Shown in pieces: positions 24,908-36,631 of a DNA stretch of 64,000 nt (position 1 is the stretch's first letter; every line of letters begins with the position of its first letter). This stretch comes from Nemertoderma westbladi. Its lineage: Eukaryota > Animalia > Xenacoelomorpha. A model generated the notes under the pieces. The model was not told the DNA's origin, did no database searches, and saw nothing but the letters and a program-made list of their open reading frames with translations. Location: positions 1 through 64,000 of the forward strand of contig JAUCBJ010007134.1 of the NCBI GenBank assembly GCA_032718475.1, in the 5' to 3' direction. The position numbers and the translations under genes are program-made.

Positions 24908-26945
24908 AGATTTGGTGACCTCAGCTGTTATAGCCCAGGACTGATTCCCATATAGGAGTACTGGTTCAAGTGCTGCTCAAATACTCGAATCTTAAGTTTC
25001 CGATGTATTATATGCGACTATCTAATCCTGGAAACCATGCAATGTTGCCCATGCCCTCTGCTTATGTATTCGACTGATTTCCGGATCCAAGATCCCAAGT
25101 AGTAAAGTTTTTTTGGAAACGAAACAAAGGGAACGAAAGGAAAGAAGAAAAGAAGCAGCTTGTTCTAATGAGCTGAGGAGCCGTTGGGCTCCCTCTAATG
25201 ATTCTGAGAGTACTCCTAAGTCATCAGCAAAGTCTAGATCAGTTAGGTACTTGGCAGGATTTCCTCGACTTCTGGAGCCAGTAGGTGGATTTATCATCAC
25301 CCCATCATCATTATGATGATCTAAGGACATGCGTAGAACATAGTCAACAACAATTATGAACAAGAATGGTGCAAGTGTGTCTCCCTGGAGGACGCCCCAT
25401 AATACTTCAAATGGTTCTGTGTTACCGTCAACAGTAGACACAAATGTTGTCGAACCATCGTATACTGATCTGATTGCTGCAATCATTTCATCAGGAATCC
25501 CATATAATGAAAGTATGCCGAACATACGTGAACGAGAGACTGAATCAAAGGCCTTGAAGAAGTCAACAAAGAAATCAGCCAGATGTCTATCTTTCTTTTT
25601 TTGACAACTTTTTAATTATCCTTCAAAGTGCCAAAATGGGCTCCATGGTCCCACGACCTTTACGGAACCCATTCTGATTTCCACGGAGCAGTCTCTCAAT
25701 GGGATCCCTGATGCGATTTAATATAATTCTATTGTATAGCTTTGCAGCAATCGAGATCAATGAGATATCCCGAAAAAATCCAGAGTGTTTTGCCCTTCTT
25801 TGGAATTTATTTAGCGACAACTAATTCCTTTTCATTTCTTGGGAGATTCTCTTAGTTCTGTACATGTTTATGAAGATGGGGTGAATGAGTTCCAAATACT
25901 CAAGTATTTTAATCTCGGGAAGGACACAATCTACTCTACTGCACGATTGGTCTTAATGCTCTTTGCAGCAGTCTTGAGCTTGACTTTAGGAAAGGAGATG
26001 TCGCCAATGGGGATAACTGTATCCACAGACTCAGAGACACGTTATCAAGCATAACCTTGATATTGTTTTAGAGCTTTTCAAAGTGGGCCTTCCAAGCATT
26101 GAGGGGATCAGCTGGTGATTCTGCCTTAACCTTTTTGGTTGGTTAGCATTTCCTCCCAGTCAGCAAGTTCATCGACTTTCATACCTCGAATAATAATTGC
26201 CTGTTGGCATCGGCATCATTATCACTGATGGCATCAACCTGCTGATTATATGTTATTGAGTCTAGTCAAATGACCTTGAGCAGCCAGTGTAGGAAATGTA
26301 ATTGGGTGAACAATTAAAAAATAATAATAAAGTAAATATAGTTTTATTCAATCAGATGTGTAACAAAAACTATGGTGAGTTGGCTTTTAAAGTTGTGCTG
26401 CGGATTCCAAGGATTCCTGACCCAGTAACAGTCGGCGCTGATTCGTTGCAGTGCAGTAACATCGCATCCAGTGAGATGCTTAGACAAGCCAGTGTGAAGC
26501 TCAGAAAAAAATCGTGCAATATTTATTGCCTGGTGTGCTATTCTCGAGAGAAAGCAGTTACTTACTTATTAATGGTGAAAGGCTTCGATGGAGTTAGTTG
26601 TTAGTTCCTAACTAACAATCATCCAGTGTTCTGTTGTGTTGCGATTTAGTAATGGGACCTTCTGAATTATAGAATGTCACCATCATAAATATATGTATGA
26701 TGTTGTGTTGATAAGATAACCCTGTGGGAATGAATCCATGGTAAATAGCAAGTGTAGCGGTTGGTATTATGCGTCCACGGCAGTAGGTTGTTGTGACAAA
26801 AACTCTTCAATATTCAATAGCTCTGCGACTTTTCATAACTTTGATGTTATTTGAAAGAAAGTCAGTAACATTTGAACGTTCGATGTTCATTTGTTGTTTG
26901 TATAGAGAGTTCAAACTCTTTAGCGCACGCACATTAAATATTACG
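24907..26945 (-). mobile_element. Decayed RTE-clade LINE (RT and endonuclease remnants)
   Basis: RDISLISIAAKLYN, NQNGFRKGRGT, FFVDFFKAFDS, GVLQGDTLAPFLF and DLDFADD, plus FNVRAL (EN start) near 26920-26940. Confidence 0.85.
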
Positions 26946-27829
26946 CCATGTGAAGTATAACAGGTGTTCACTTTTCGGTCAAATTTTTATTTAAATTTTA
27001 TATATGAAATTTTTTTTATGTAAGGAAATATGATGATTTTTATTTTTTAATTTATCCTTAGGAAGTGTTTTATAACGCTTATTTCTATCTTATAATATTA
27101 ATTTATTTTAATTTAATTAATTTATTATAGATAAGATACTAATTCCTTTATTATTTTGGTTAGATTCAACTCTTCTGTTTCCTGTTTTTTTTGTGAAAAT
27201 CTGTTATTCTTCACAAGGGGGTATACCGCAAAGTGAAATGAAATATATTGGCAGAAAATCTTGTATACTTAACATGGGCCAAAACAAAATATTAGCGATT
27301 TTTAATAATTTCACAACTTGAGCGCCACCTAGTGCCGTGGCTGATCGAGGCCGCATTTAATTTCGTTTACGAAGTATCTACTGCTCTACTGCGGAAGAAG
27401 AATCCGAAGAGAAAATGGAAATGAAAAGTTCTTAGATACTACTAGTTTAGATACTATAATTTACCCTGAATACAATGATGACGCGCAGACGTTAGGTACA
27501 GTCCCGCAGCTACTGTATGAGTTATTATTCTCATTACGAAAGTTATATATTGCCGTTCTTGTAGAACTACCGATGGAATGCTGGCTGTTATATGAATAGA
27601 TTCTACTGATTTACTTGGACTCTACAAACTCTCGCTCTCTATGACCCGCCGTTTCACAATGATTCGTAGCAGATTGCCACCCTATTATATTAATTAATTA
27701 ATGTAAATGAGATTCTGTTAGTTGGCCTACGTAATACGTGATAGTACTAAGGGGGGGGGGGGGGGGGGGTAAGTAATATGTCCTTGGAAACATCCAGTTA
27801 GAGGAGACAGATTCAACCATCTGGGTGAA

Positions 27830-29205
27830 TTTATTTGCCGAATTAACAATGTTAATTATCTATCAGTGAAGGGAAAGTAGCAGGCTACACAGGGGCACGT
27901 TATTCTAACCAAAACTATACGAACAATTAGATTTGTTTTGGGTTAGGGTTAGTTGATCAGGCTAAAACCCTAATAAAAACTGCAATGAAATCCTACCTAA
28001 CCCCAAAAGAGGGGCTCTAGGTAATATCTAACTCACTTTGAGGAGTTTCGTAGATTAGAGCCATATACTATGGGGTAACTTTCATTCCCGTATTCTTGGA
28101 TATGAATTGGTATCAGCCCGACGACTCATCACCCTGAAACTGAGCACATGGATCGTTCCCTTGACACTAATCAATGTCTATTTGAGCTGACAGTACCCAC
28201 CCTAAAGACGAATACCGTAGCTTTCTAGATATTCTTCAATTGCACATTGTTAAATGCTCCTCATGGGGAAAGATAATAATTTTGGGCTACCTGAATGGAC
28301 AGGTTGGAAATCGCAGTACTGCCTCACACATCAACCATGAGATAATTGGGCCCTACATACTACAACTTTCCAAACATAAATCGCAACGGATCCTTGCTGC
28401 TCGACTTCTGCCAAGAACTAAACTTATCCATCCTTAATACGTTTTTCAACCATAAGCATAAATCTGACAGAGCCACGTATCAAGAAGTTTATCAATTCAT
28501 CAGAAGTAGATAGCCAACCAAAATACTCAACGGTTTACTTTATGATAGTACCCCAATTATTACGAAAATTTGCCAACAAAATTATATCGATCCACAATAC
28601 ATGTCATGTATCAGACCACTTTCTCGTCACAATGGACATTGAAATACGTCTACACCGATGGGATGTTCAACCTCATCATACAAACAGACCTCTCAACAAA
28701 GATGTCCAACAGTTGGAAACCAACTCCGCTATAAGAGCCCAATCCCAAGACGTCTTAGACAAAATTTTGGAACAGACGGATAATGTCCCATCTTGTGGTT
28801 CATCCTCATGCGTATCACCTGATACACAACAAAAAGTCGACCTATCCTGGACCGAAATTAAGAATGCTTTCCAAAAAGCCAAAAAAACTCTACCCTTACG
28901 GATAAAACCAAGCAAACGTCAGCACGAAGACTTGACAATGGAACTTATTAATAGGAGAAAGTCCCTGATATCGGAACAAATACGAAATAATCATCGAAGA
29001 AATCAATCCGTAGTGGAAAAGTTAAAGAATGACATAGCCAAACGATGCCGAGAAGAAAAAGAAATGGATATTTTACAACTTGTCAATACTGCACAAACAG
29101 CTGATAATATGAATAATTCCCACATTCTATATAAAACTATTAAAACTCTCGCGAGAAATTTTAAACCAACTCATAAAGAAATTAATGACAAAGATGGGGA
29201 CCTCA
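27830..29205 (+). mobile_element. Decayed LINE endonuclease/linker fragment (RTE-like)
   Basis: IIILGYLNGQVG (degenerate GDxNAxVG), SDHFLV and WTEIKNA. Truncated at the following palindromic element. Confidence 0.65.
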
Positions 29206-29214
29206 GTAGTAGGG

Positions 29215-29521
29215 TCTTCCTCCTCTCTGTGACAGTTGGACCTAACTGACACCCATTGGGTGTCATATGACACCCAATTATCACCCTATGGGTGTCATTG
29301 GGTGTCATTGGCGCCAGACTGTCTGGGTGACACCTCCCAATTAGGCTAATTAGACCCTAATTGACAGGTGTCATCAATTAATTAGTATAATTAAACCCTA
29401 ACAGGTGTCATATGACTCCTAATTAGGGTTTAATTGATTATCCTAATTAATCAGACTGATTAGCGCCCTGACACACAATGGGTCATCAGTGATGTCCAAC
29501 TGTCGCAGAGAAGGGGGAAGA
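29215..29521. mobile_element. MITE-like palindromic element (~310 bp)
   Basis: Imperfect terminal inverted repeats of ~50 bp (TCTTCCTCCTCTCTGTGACAGTTGGAC / GTCCAACTGTCGCAGAGAAGGGGGAAGA) and internal TGACACC/GGTGTCA motifs. Confidence 0.65.
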
Positions 29522-30210
29522 GGGTGTCATAAGTGACACCGCAGCTCTTTTATTCATTAATACCTATTTATTTATATTTAATTTTAATTAATTATTTGCA
29601 TTTTATTTTATTCATATTTAATTCTAAATTAATTATTCATTTGTACTTTATGGGTATACAGCTCCCTTACTGGTAACTAATTACTCTTATCTATATCCAG
29701 ACAGCTTTATCGTTGACCTTTGACCTTTGACCCCCCAATTAGCTTTAACCAAGCAACAGCATATTAATGATAGTTGTATCCAAGCGCCCCTGCCCCCACC
29801 CCGTGACAGCTCTGATTACTAATTACTCTTACCTATATCCAACCGCCTGCAGTTCCATAGTCTGCCGCTAGAGGGCGTATTGTTTAAAAATTAACATCTT
29901 CTCTAGCTTTGTTATTTACAATCCGCAAAACCATGAAGTTATATTGCTCAAGAGTTCTAAGGGGAGAGCCATGAGGCAAGATGTTTGAGGCTTATTTAGA
30001 TATATTATTACTTAATTTGACCCCCCAATCGGCATCTATTACGGCATAGGCTATATCTTTTGCAGGGTCACAGAGTAGTCTGAAGTTCCCCAGTCTGCCG
30101 CTAGAGGGCTTAATGTCTCAAAGTGAAAACCATACCGTAGCCATGAATTGGTTACTAGGCAATAATACTGCATTTTGCAACGTTAGACCTATTGCTGATC
30201 GAACGAAAAC

Positions 30211-30281
30211 TGCCCTGGTTCATGCAGGGGTCGAACCCATGACATACGAGAGATGTGAATTCTACGCAACCACTACACCAA
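30211..30281 (-). mobile_element. tRNA-like SINE head or tRNA pseudogene
   Basis: Minus strand TGGTGTAGTGG (A box) and GGTTCGACCC (B box); no intact cloverleaf. Confidence 0.55.
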
Positions 30282-30352
30282 GGTGGAACAGTAACCTTCG
30301 AATTTGTTCGTTGACGTTCGAATTTGTAAGACTCTCATTTAAGACTTGACAC

Positions 30353-31208
30353 AGACTATGCCTCACCGAGGCATAGACTATGACTCACTGAGGCATAGAC
30401 TATGCCTCATTGAGGCACTGAGGCATAGACTATGCCTCACTGAGGCACTGAGGCATAGACTATGCCTCACTGAGGCATAGACTATGCCTCACTGAGGCAT
30501 AGACTAGGCCTCACTGAGGCATAGACTAGGTCTCACTGAGGCACTGAGGCATAGACTATGACTCACTGAGGCATAGACTATGACTCACTGAGGCATAGAC
30601 TATGCCTCATTGAGGCACTGAGGCATAGACTATGCCTCACTGAGGCACTGAGGCATAGACTATGCCTCACTGAGGCATAGACTATGCCTCACTGAGGCAT
30701 AGACTAGGCCTCACTGAGGCATAGACTAGGTCTCACTGAGGCACTGAGGCATAGACTATGACTCACTGAGGCAAAGACTATGACTCACTGAGGCATAGAC
30801 TATGCCTCACTGAGGCATAGACTATGCCTCACTGCCTCACTGAGGCACTGAGGCATAGACTATGACTCACTGAGGCATAGACTATGCCTCACTGAGGCAT
30901 AGACTAGGCCTCACTGAGGCATTGAGGCATAGACTATGACTCACTGAGGCATAGTCTATGCCTCACTCAGTGCCTCACTGAGGCAGTGAGGGATAGACTC
31001 TGCCTCACTGAGGCATAGACTAGACCTCACTGAGGCATAGACTATGCCTCACTGAGGCACTGAGGCATAGACTATGACTCACTGAGGCATAGACTATGCC
31101 TCACTGAGGCACTGAGGCATAGACTATGACTCATTGAGGCATAGACTATGCCTCACTAAGGCACTGAGGCATAGACTATGCCTCAGTGAGGCATAGTCTA
31201 TGCCTCAC
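30353..31208. repeat. 22-bp near-palindromic satellite (ACTGAGGCATAGACTATGCCTC) with 8-bp ACTGAGGC inserts
   Basis: Each unit contains the GAGGCATAG-A-CTATGCCTC inverted repeat. Reversed-orientation units occur near 30950 and 31185. Confidence 0.97.
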
Positions 31209-31927
31209 TTCAATATACGAACACAAAAAAGTTTACAAGCACAGGTTCAAATCCAACTAAAGCTCTATATATTTTGCATTGAAGTGGAATACTTTAGATG
31301 CTGGGGGGAATCTGGTTTGCGAGGGATATTTGAATGGTGAGTATAACTATCCTTGAGAGTTAGTGTGACGTTATCTCACCATGGATGGGCGGGCACTTTA
31401 CCCCGGTACTCGCATCTGCTCTCTCATTGGCTGTTTAACTTTCCTCCCTCGAGTCCTGATTGGCTGCCTAACTCACCCTCGCACTCTGATTGGATAATCC
31501 ATTCTAGCCTCCCTCTGGTTTCATTTCAATTGTTATACCGGTATATGAAAATTTATATTTAAAGGTAATATACTTAATGTAAATTTATGGATGCAAATTT
31601 TGCATTGGTCTGGGTCTCTGCGATCGCATTTTTTATTTAAACAAATATTGACATATAAAGTTGAAGTATACATATTTGTTTGAATCGATTTATAACAATT
31701 CCTGATTGTAAGTAGGTTAAATTTAGCCTAACTAATAATTCAACTTTTGTAATATCCCACGCCAAGCTGGTGATACTACTGTAAAATAACTAACTATCTG
31801 AGAATTGACCTAAACTTAATGGTTTGTGCCGCCCAACAACAAAAATACTCCTATTTCATTTAGCAACTAAAGTGAGGGTAGAAGTAGAACCAGATTGTTC
31901 TTATATTATTCTTATTTTTTGTCTTAG

Positions 31928-32099
31928 ATTGTACCACCTTTGGTACCAATGGGTCCCGTTCTTCTTTTGGCTAACTGCCTGCGGATTCTACTTACCTTAC
32001 GTCATTCATAAAGGCGTTTTGAGTGAAACCAAAAAAGTTTGTGATCTGGTGTACGGAGTAATTGAAGATGAAGGCACTCAGGAGAAGACTCTAAATAAG
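31928..32099 (+). CDS. Innexin/pannexin-family exon (TM2 region)
   Basis: Flanked by ttttgtcttag| and |gtgagt. Encodes LYHLWYQWVPFFFWLTACGFYLPYVIHK..., matching the innexin (Y)YQWVP...FYxP signature. Confidence 0.85.
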
Positions 32100-32941
32100 G
32101 TGAGTGCGGATAACGCCGCTAGGGTGAGCATCAACTAGCCTGCACGTCGCTTAGCAACTTATGCTTGTCATTTAAACTTACCAAAATTGCCAAATACCGG
32201 ACAGGTATTATTCAAGTTGCACTTCCTTCCGTATTTTAACCTGAAAATTTTACTTGAGACAATTCGACTAATTCAAGTTCTCAATTAGTTATTAGTTTCG
32301 GTATTCTTGCAGTTGGAAACCCAACCCTTTCCTAAACTACAATTTAGTTCCTATGATATAACATAACCCCCGGCTTTAGTAAGTTGAAAAACTTTCATTA
32401 ATCAAGCATATCCATTAGAAATACAATAGGGACGTTGACGTTATAAATAATTCACAATAATTTGTATTATTCCGAATAACATATTACATAAAAGACATCA
32501 CAATGTGATACTCATTTTACGGGGTAAACACTAATGATTATAAAATCATCAGTGTGATTCATCATAATGATTATAAAATCTCGTTTAGTAGACCTATTTG
32601 ATTTTGCTGAACATTTCTGAGAGCCTTCACATAATGAATTTTTGAATTTCTGATTTTTCACATAATACATATTGTTTATACATAAAAATACCTGTTTCTA
32701 ATAATAATAATAATACAGACAAATGATATATGAAACGGATGGATATATAACTCTCAGCAAACTAAATAAAAAATAACAACAAACTTGTACAACTATAGCC
32801 GGACAATAACTAATAATATGAACTATGTAGCAAAAAGCGAAACCTCAAATACAAAACTATTTCAATCCAAATAAACACTTGTAAGATAAATAACTGTCAC
32901 TAAGAACAGTATACATAGGTTTATTGATACGACAGCTCCAT

Positions 32942-33607
32942 TCAATAAACCGAAGATGCGATGGCTGCCAGCGCGATACTCAGATACAAAGAAGCGACAT
33001 TCCCTTTCGCTCCATCGAACGCTGGGTTGTTCCAATCAATCTTACCATCCGCACCTCTAACATCAACATCCCACTTGACAGCTCCGCAACTCGCATGGTC
33101 CGTTCCTTGGCAGCATTGAACTTGGCATTCTTGATAAACGTTTCCAAAAACATCTTCATGGTTAATGCCGGTGAGCTGTTTGTACTGGAGTGATGCTTCC
33201 TCAAGTTCGCCGCATTCCTGCTTATCTTTCGCAACACATGTAATGCCTTCCTTGGCACAGATGTCAGCATGTGACTCTATAAGAAGTCGAGCCCCACCTT
33301 CATATTCTTCATCCAACACTGAATGTTCAATATCCCATCCCGGTAACGGCATTTCTGTGAAAGCTTTGAGTAGTTTAGTCGATCCCAACACGATTTGATC
33401 TATTACCATACAGGAATCGCAATCCGTCTCCTGAACAGTGGAATCCACGTCGAGAGAATTCAGGTTTGATACAATGTTAAGGACTTCCACATTCTTGCTG
33501 TTCGTTTCCACAGTTGTGGACAAACCAACTTTGCAGGAAACAGCGTTCGAAACGTAGATAAAAGTTGGACTGAAAAATAGAACCAGGAAAAATCCAACAC
33601 TGGCCAT
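32942..33607 (-). CDS. Secreted Cys-rich, probably GPI-anchored protein, Ly6/uPAR (three-finger)-like, 221 aa
   Basis: N-terminal signal peptide, 10 Cys ending in CQVQCCQGTDHASC, and a hydrophobic C-terminal tail. A splice acceptor (atatttag) lies 6 nt before the ATG. Confidence 0.75.
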   Translation of the reverse strand: MASVGFFLVLFFSPTFIYVSNAVSCKVGLSTTVETNSKNVEVLNIVSNLNSLDVDSTVQETDCDSCMVIDQIVLGSTKLLKAFTEMPLPGWDIEHSVLDEEYEGGARLLIESHADICAKEGITCVAKDKQECGELEEASLQYKQLTGINHEDVFGNVYQECQVQCCQGTDHASCGAVKWDVDVRGADGKIDWNNPAFDGAKGNVASLYLSIALAAIASSVY

Positions 33608-36600
33608 TGTCTCCTAAATATTAATAAAATGAATCTTGAATTATGCAAAAATGTAAATCAAAGTTGTTATGCAAAAATGTAAATCAAAGTTGTTATGATA
33701 AAATGTATATAAATGTACATACAATGAGTTGAATTATATTACACTATCATGAGTGTGCATTAAAAATATTTTTACTTTCTAATATACAGAAAAAAGTTCA
33801 TTATTATGTAGTACATAATATATAAACTTAAATATATATTTAAAGAGACCTGCGTAACATACAACCCAATCTATGAAATCATTGAGCGACCAAAAGATGG
33901 TCTGTACAACGATATAAAATAAATTGACGTTATTGCAAATTTGTCAACAAAATCATTTTTCAAAAATTATGGCCTACTTCATTCACTTGGGCCATAATGT
34001 TGCAATAATGTCAGTGGACGTTGAGCTTAAAACCAAGTTGTTTGTTGCAAGTATGTGTGTATACACTGTCCTGGAATGTATTTATCCATGTACAGTATCT
34101 ATGGCCCACTAATTTTTCTACAAATCTTGATGAAATAGCAAGAAAATTGGAACATATATAGTTTCTTATCCATACCGGTACTCCATCCTAATTCCTGGGT
34201 GAGCCAGAATGTTTATTTTTTTTTCAATATTTCGCTACAAGCCTTTGAAAAAGGTGCCTCCGCCGATATTGAACCAATCACACCGCAGTTATTCTTTCAA
34301 CTTTATAGTGATTTGTTGGTACTGATTAAAAGCTGGCCATGCAAGGATTCCAATGCATGGTTTTGTATTGTGCTCGAGGCTATATTATTATTTTTAATAA
34401 ATACACTATCTGGAACATTTTGTTTAGCTCATAAGTAGTAACAGTGCAAGTGCAATACTTCTATAATAATACTAGTACATTGTTTATAGTTATTCATACA
34501 TAAAGAAATTCGCCCATGTGAAGAATACCTAATACTCGTGCAGATCCAACACCGTGCAACTTTCGAACGCCCATATCTGAGCTACATAATTGGAATCCTT
34601 GCATGGGCAGCTTTTCATCATCATCAGTACAAGGAAATTACTATAAGGTTGATGATTGTTGTTACACAGTACATGCGGGCCTATCTTTAGGTTAATCCAA
34701 GTTAATACCAACTTAAAAAATATTAAATATCAACACTAAGTAAGTGAAGAAATTGATGTATGGTTCATGATATAACGAACGCCGTCGATGTGCAGAAGTG
34801 CAAACTGCGCTGGCCACACCCATTTTCCAAGGAAATATGGCCTTCTTGGATCACATTTTAGTGTAGTTGCCAATCTAAACAATGCATTTTGTTTCGCTTT
34901 CATTTTGGCAACGGTTTCTGACGCATTCGACTGCCAATAAATCCTTAATAAGGAAACTAATAATGTAATAATGTAATGTTTCAGTTTGCAATTACTTCTT
35001 TTTTCATTACAATTTCGCCAGAATTCGGTTTGGCTCTCGCAGACTGCAGTCTAATTCAGGCAGGTGATGATGGCAGTATTGCCATAGCCCGCAGAAGGAT
35101 TTATGTCGGCCATACACGAAATGCATGCATCCCAAGAGGAATATGTGAGGTGCCTTTTTTTGTCAATTTTATTGAATTGGAGGAACTAAACAAAGGCATT
35201 GTCGAACAAATACAAAATGTGAATGAGCGTGAGGCTCACGCTCAGCACAATAATCCGTGATGACATACAGCACAAGGATTGTAAGGAAGGATTCGCTAAC
35301 GTTTACCATTATATAAAATAGGGCTTTCACGGCTGTATATAAAAATCAATTGTTACGTATATACTTAAAATGGAGTACATTAAAAAAAGATCAGTTAAAA
35401 TGGTAAGTAAATGACTAACACAAATTATAGCTAAGAGAATATATGAAACGGCTAGTTCAAAAAGGGCCTATCTGCAAAAAATCAATTGTTCAGGAAACGA
35501 AAAAATTCTTTATTTTCATAAAAATCAATCCTTTGAGTGTAAATCTCTCAAAATGAAAATGTAGACTAAAACTACTATTTACATCGACAATTCCGACAAA
35601 ACTTCATCATTACGATGTGTACGGTCTGGCATTCAAGGCGAAAAAAAATGTTCGAAAAATGTTCGAAAAAATTACCGTGCAGCCGTGCTGTGTAAATAAC
35701 TCAGTAACTCGCCACATAACCAACCGATCTGCTAACTCTTCTGGATGGCGTATCAACGAACAGCAGAATCTGACCAATTTCTGATTTTCTCCGAAACCAT
35801 CGATCGTGAACTTGTCATTGTCAGTCAGAACTGCCGGCTATTAGCTGCAACATGGACCTCAATTTCGGAAATATGGGCGATTTTTGTTACAACGCCACAA
35901 TTGTTACCAATGGACAATATTAATTGTAACGCGGTTCGTTGGTATGACGAAATTCCAGGGCCGAATAATTCGGGAACGTTTACCATCACAATGTCTAAAT
36001 TGTTTTGGTTGTTCTAGAGAGTTTAAGTGGATAACTGCAAATAATTCCTTACAAATAAATAATATTAGATTCGCCATTGTTCATAATTAGCACATTAAAG
36101 CTTTTACGGCCCACGTTTTTTTATCGTGTCACTCGTGCCGTAGGCCTAACGCTATAATGTGCTATTTTATGAACAATGACAAATATACTGTAGTTAATAT
36201 TATTTGATAATGCAAGTAACAATTTAAGAGCAAGAGCATCTTTAACTTCTTACACTGGTATTCTACCAACTCAGCAACATATAATATAAATCATTTTACA
36301 GTATTAATGAATGTTAAAGGATTTATTATCATGAATAAAATACATACTGATACCGGTTCTTAAATCAATAAGTCATAATATTGTTTAGTGTGATACTGTA
36401 CGTGTAATACTTTTTTGCTGATTTTGGCCCATTTTAATACTTTAGAGTTGATTCTTTGCAGCAACCTAAAAGTACCTCCTACTAAACTATAGGTTGTGTT
36501 TACGAGGATATCTGACTGTTTTAACCTTCTCCCATATTATATTGTTTTTAATCATTAGAGATGATGCTTTGACAGGAAGGCCTACTGTATCTGTGGGGAA

Positions 36601-36631
36601 CGGCGCAGAGTGGAGAGAGGGAGAGGGAGAC

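Noticed and set aside
27564-27600. AG-preceded LPMECW, resembling the innexin PIxCW motif
   Set aside because: An in-frame TAG follows within a few codons and there is no donor site.
34200-34700. FEKG peptide as the next SRPRA exon, and a local inverted similarity
   Set aside because: It lacks YGKD. The region looks like two old, oppositely oriented copies of a dispersed repeat.
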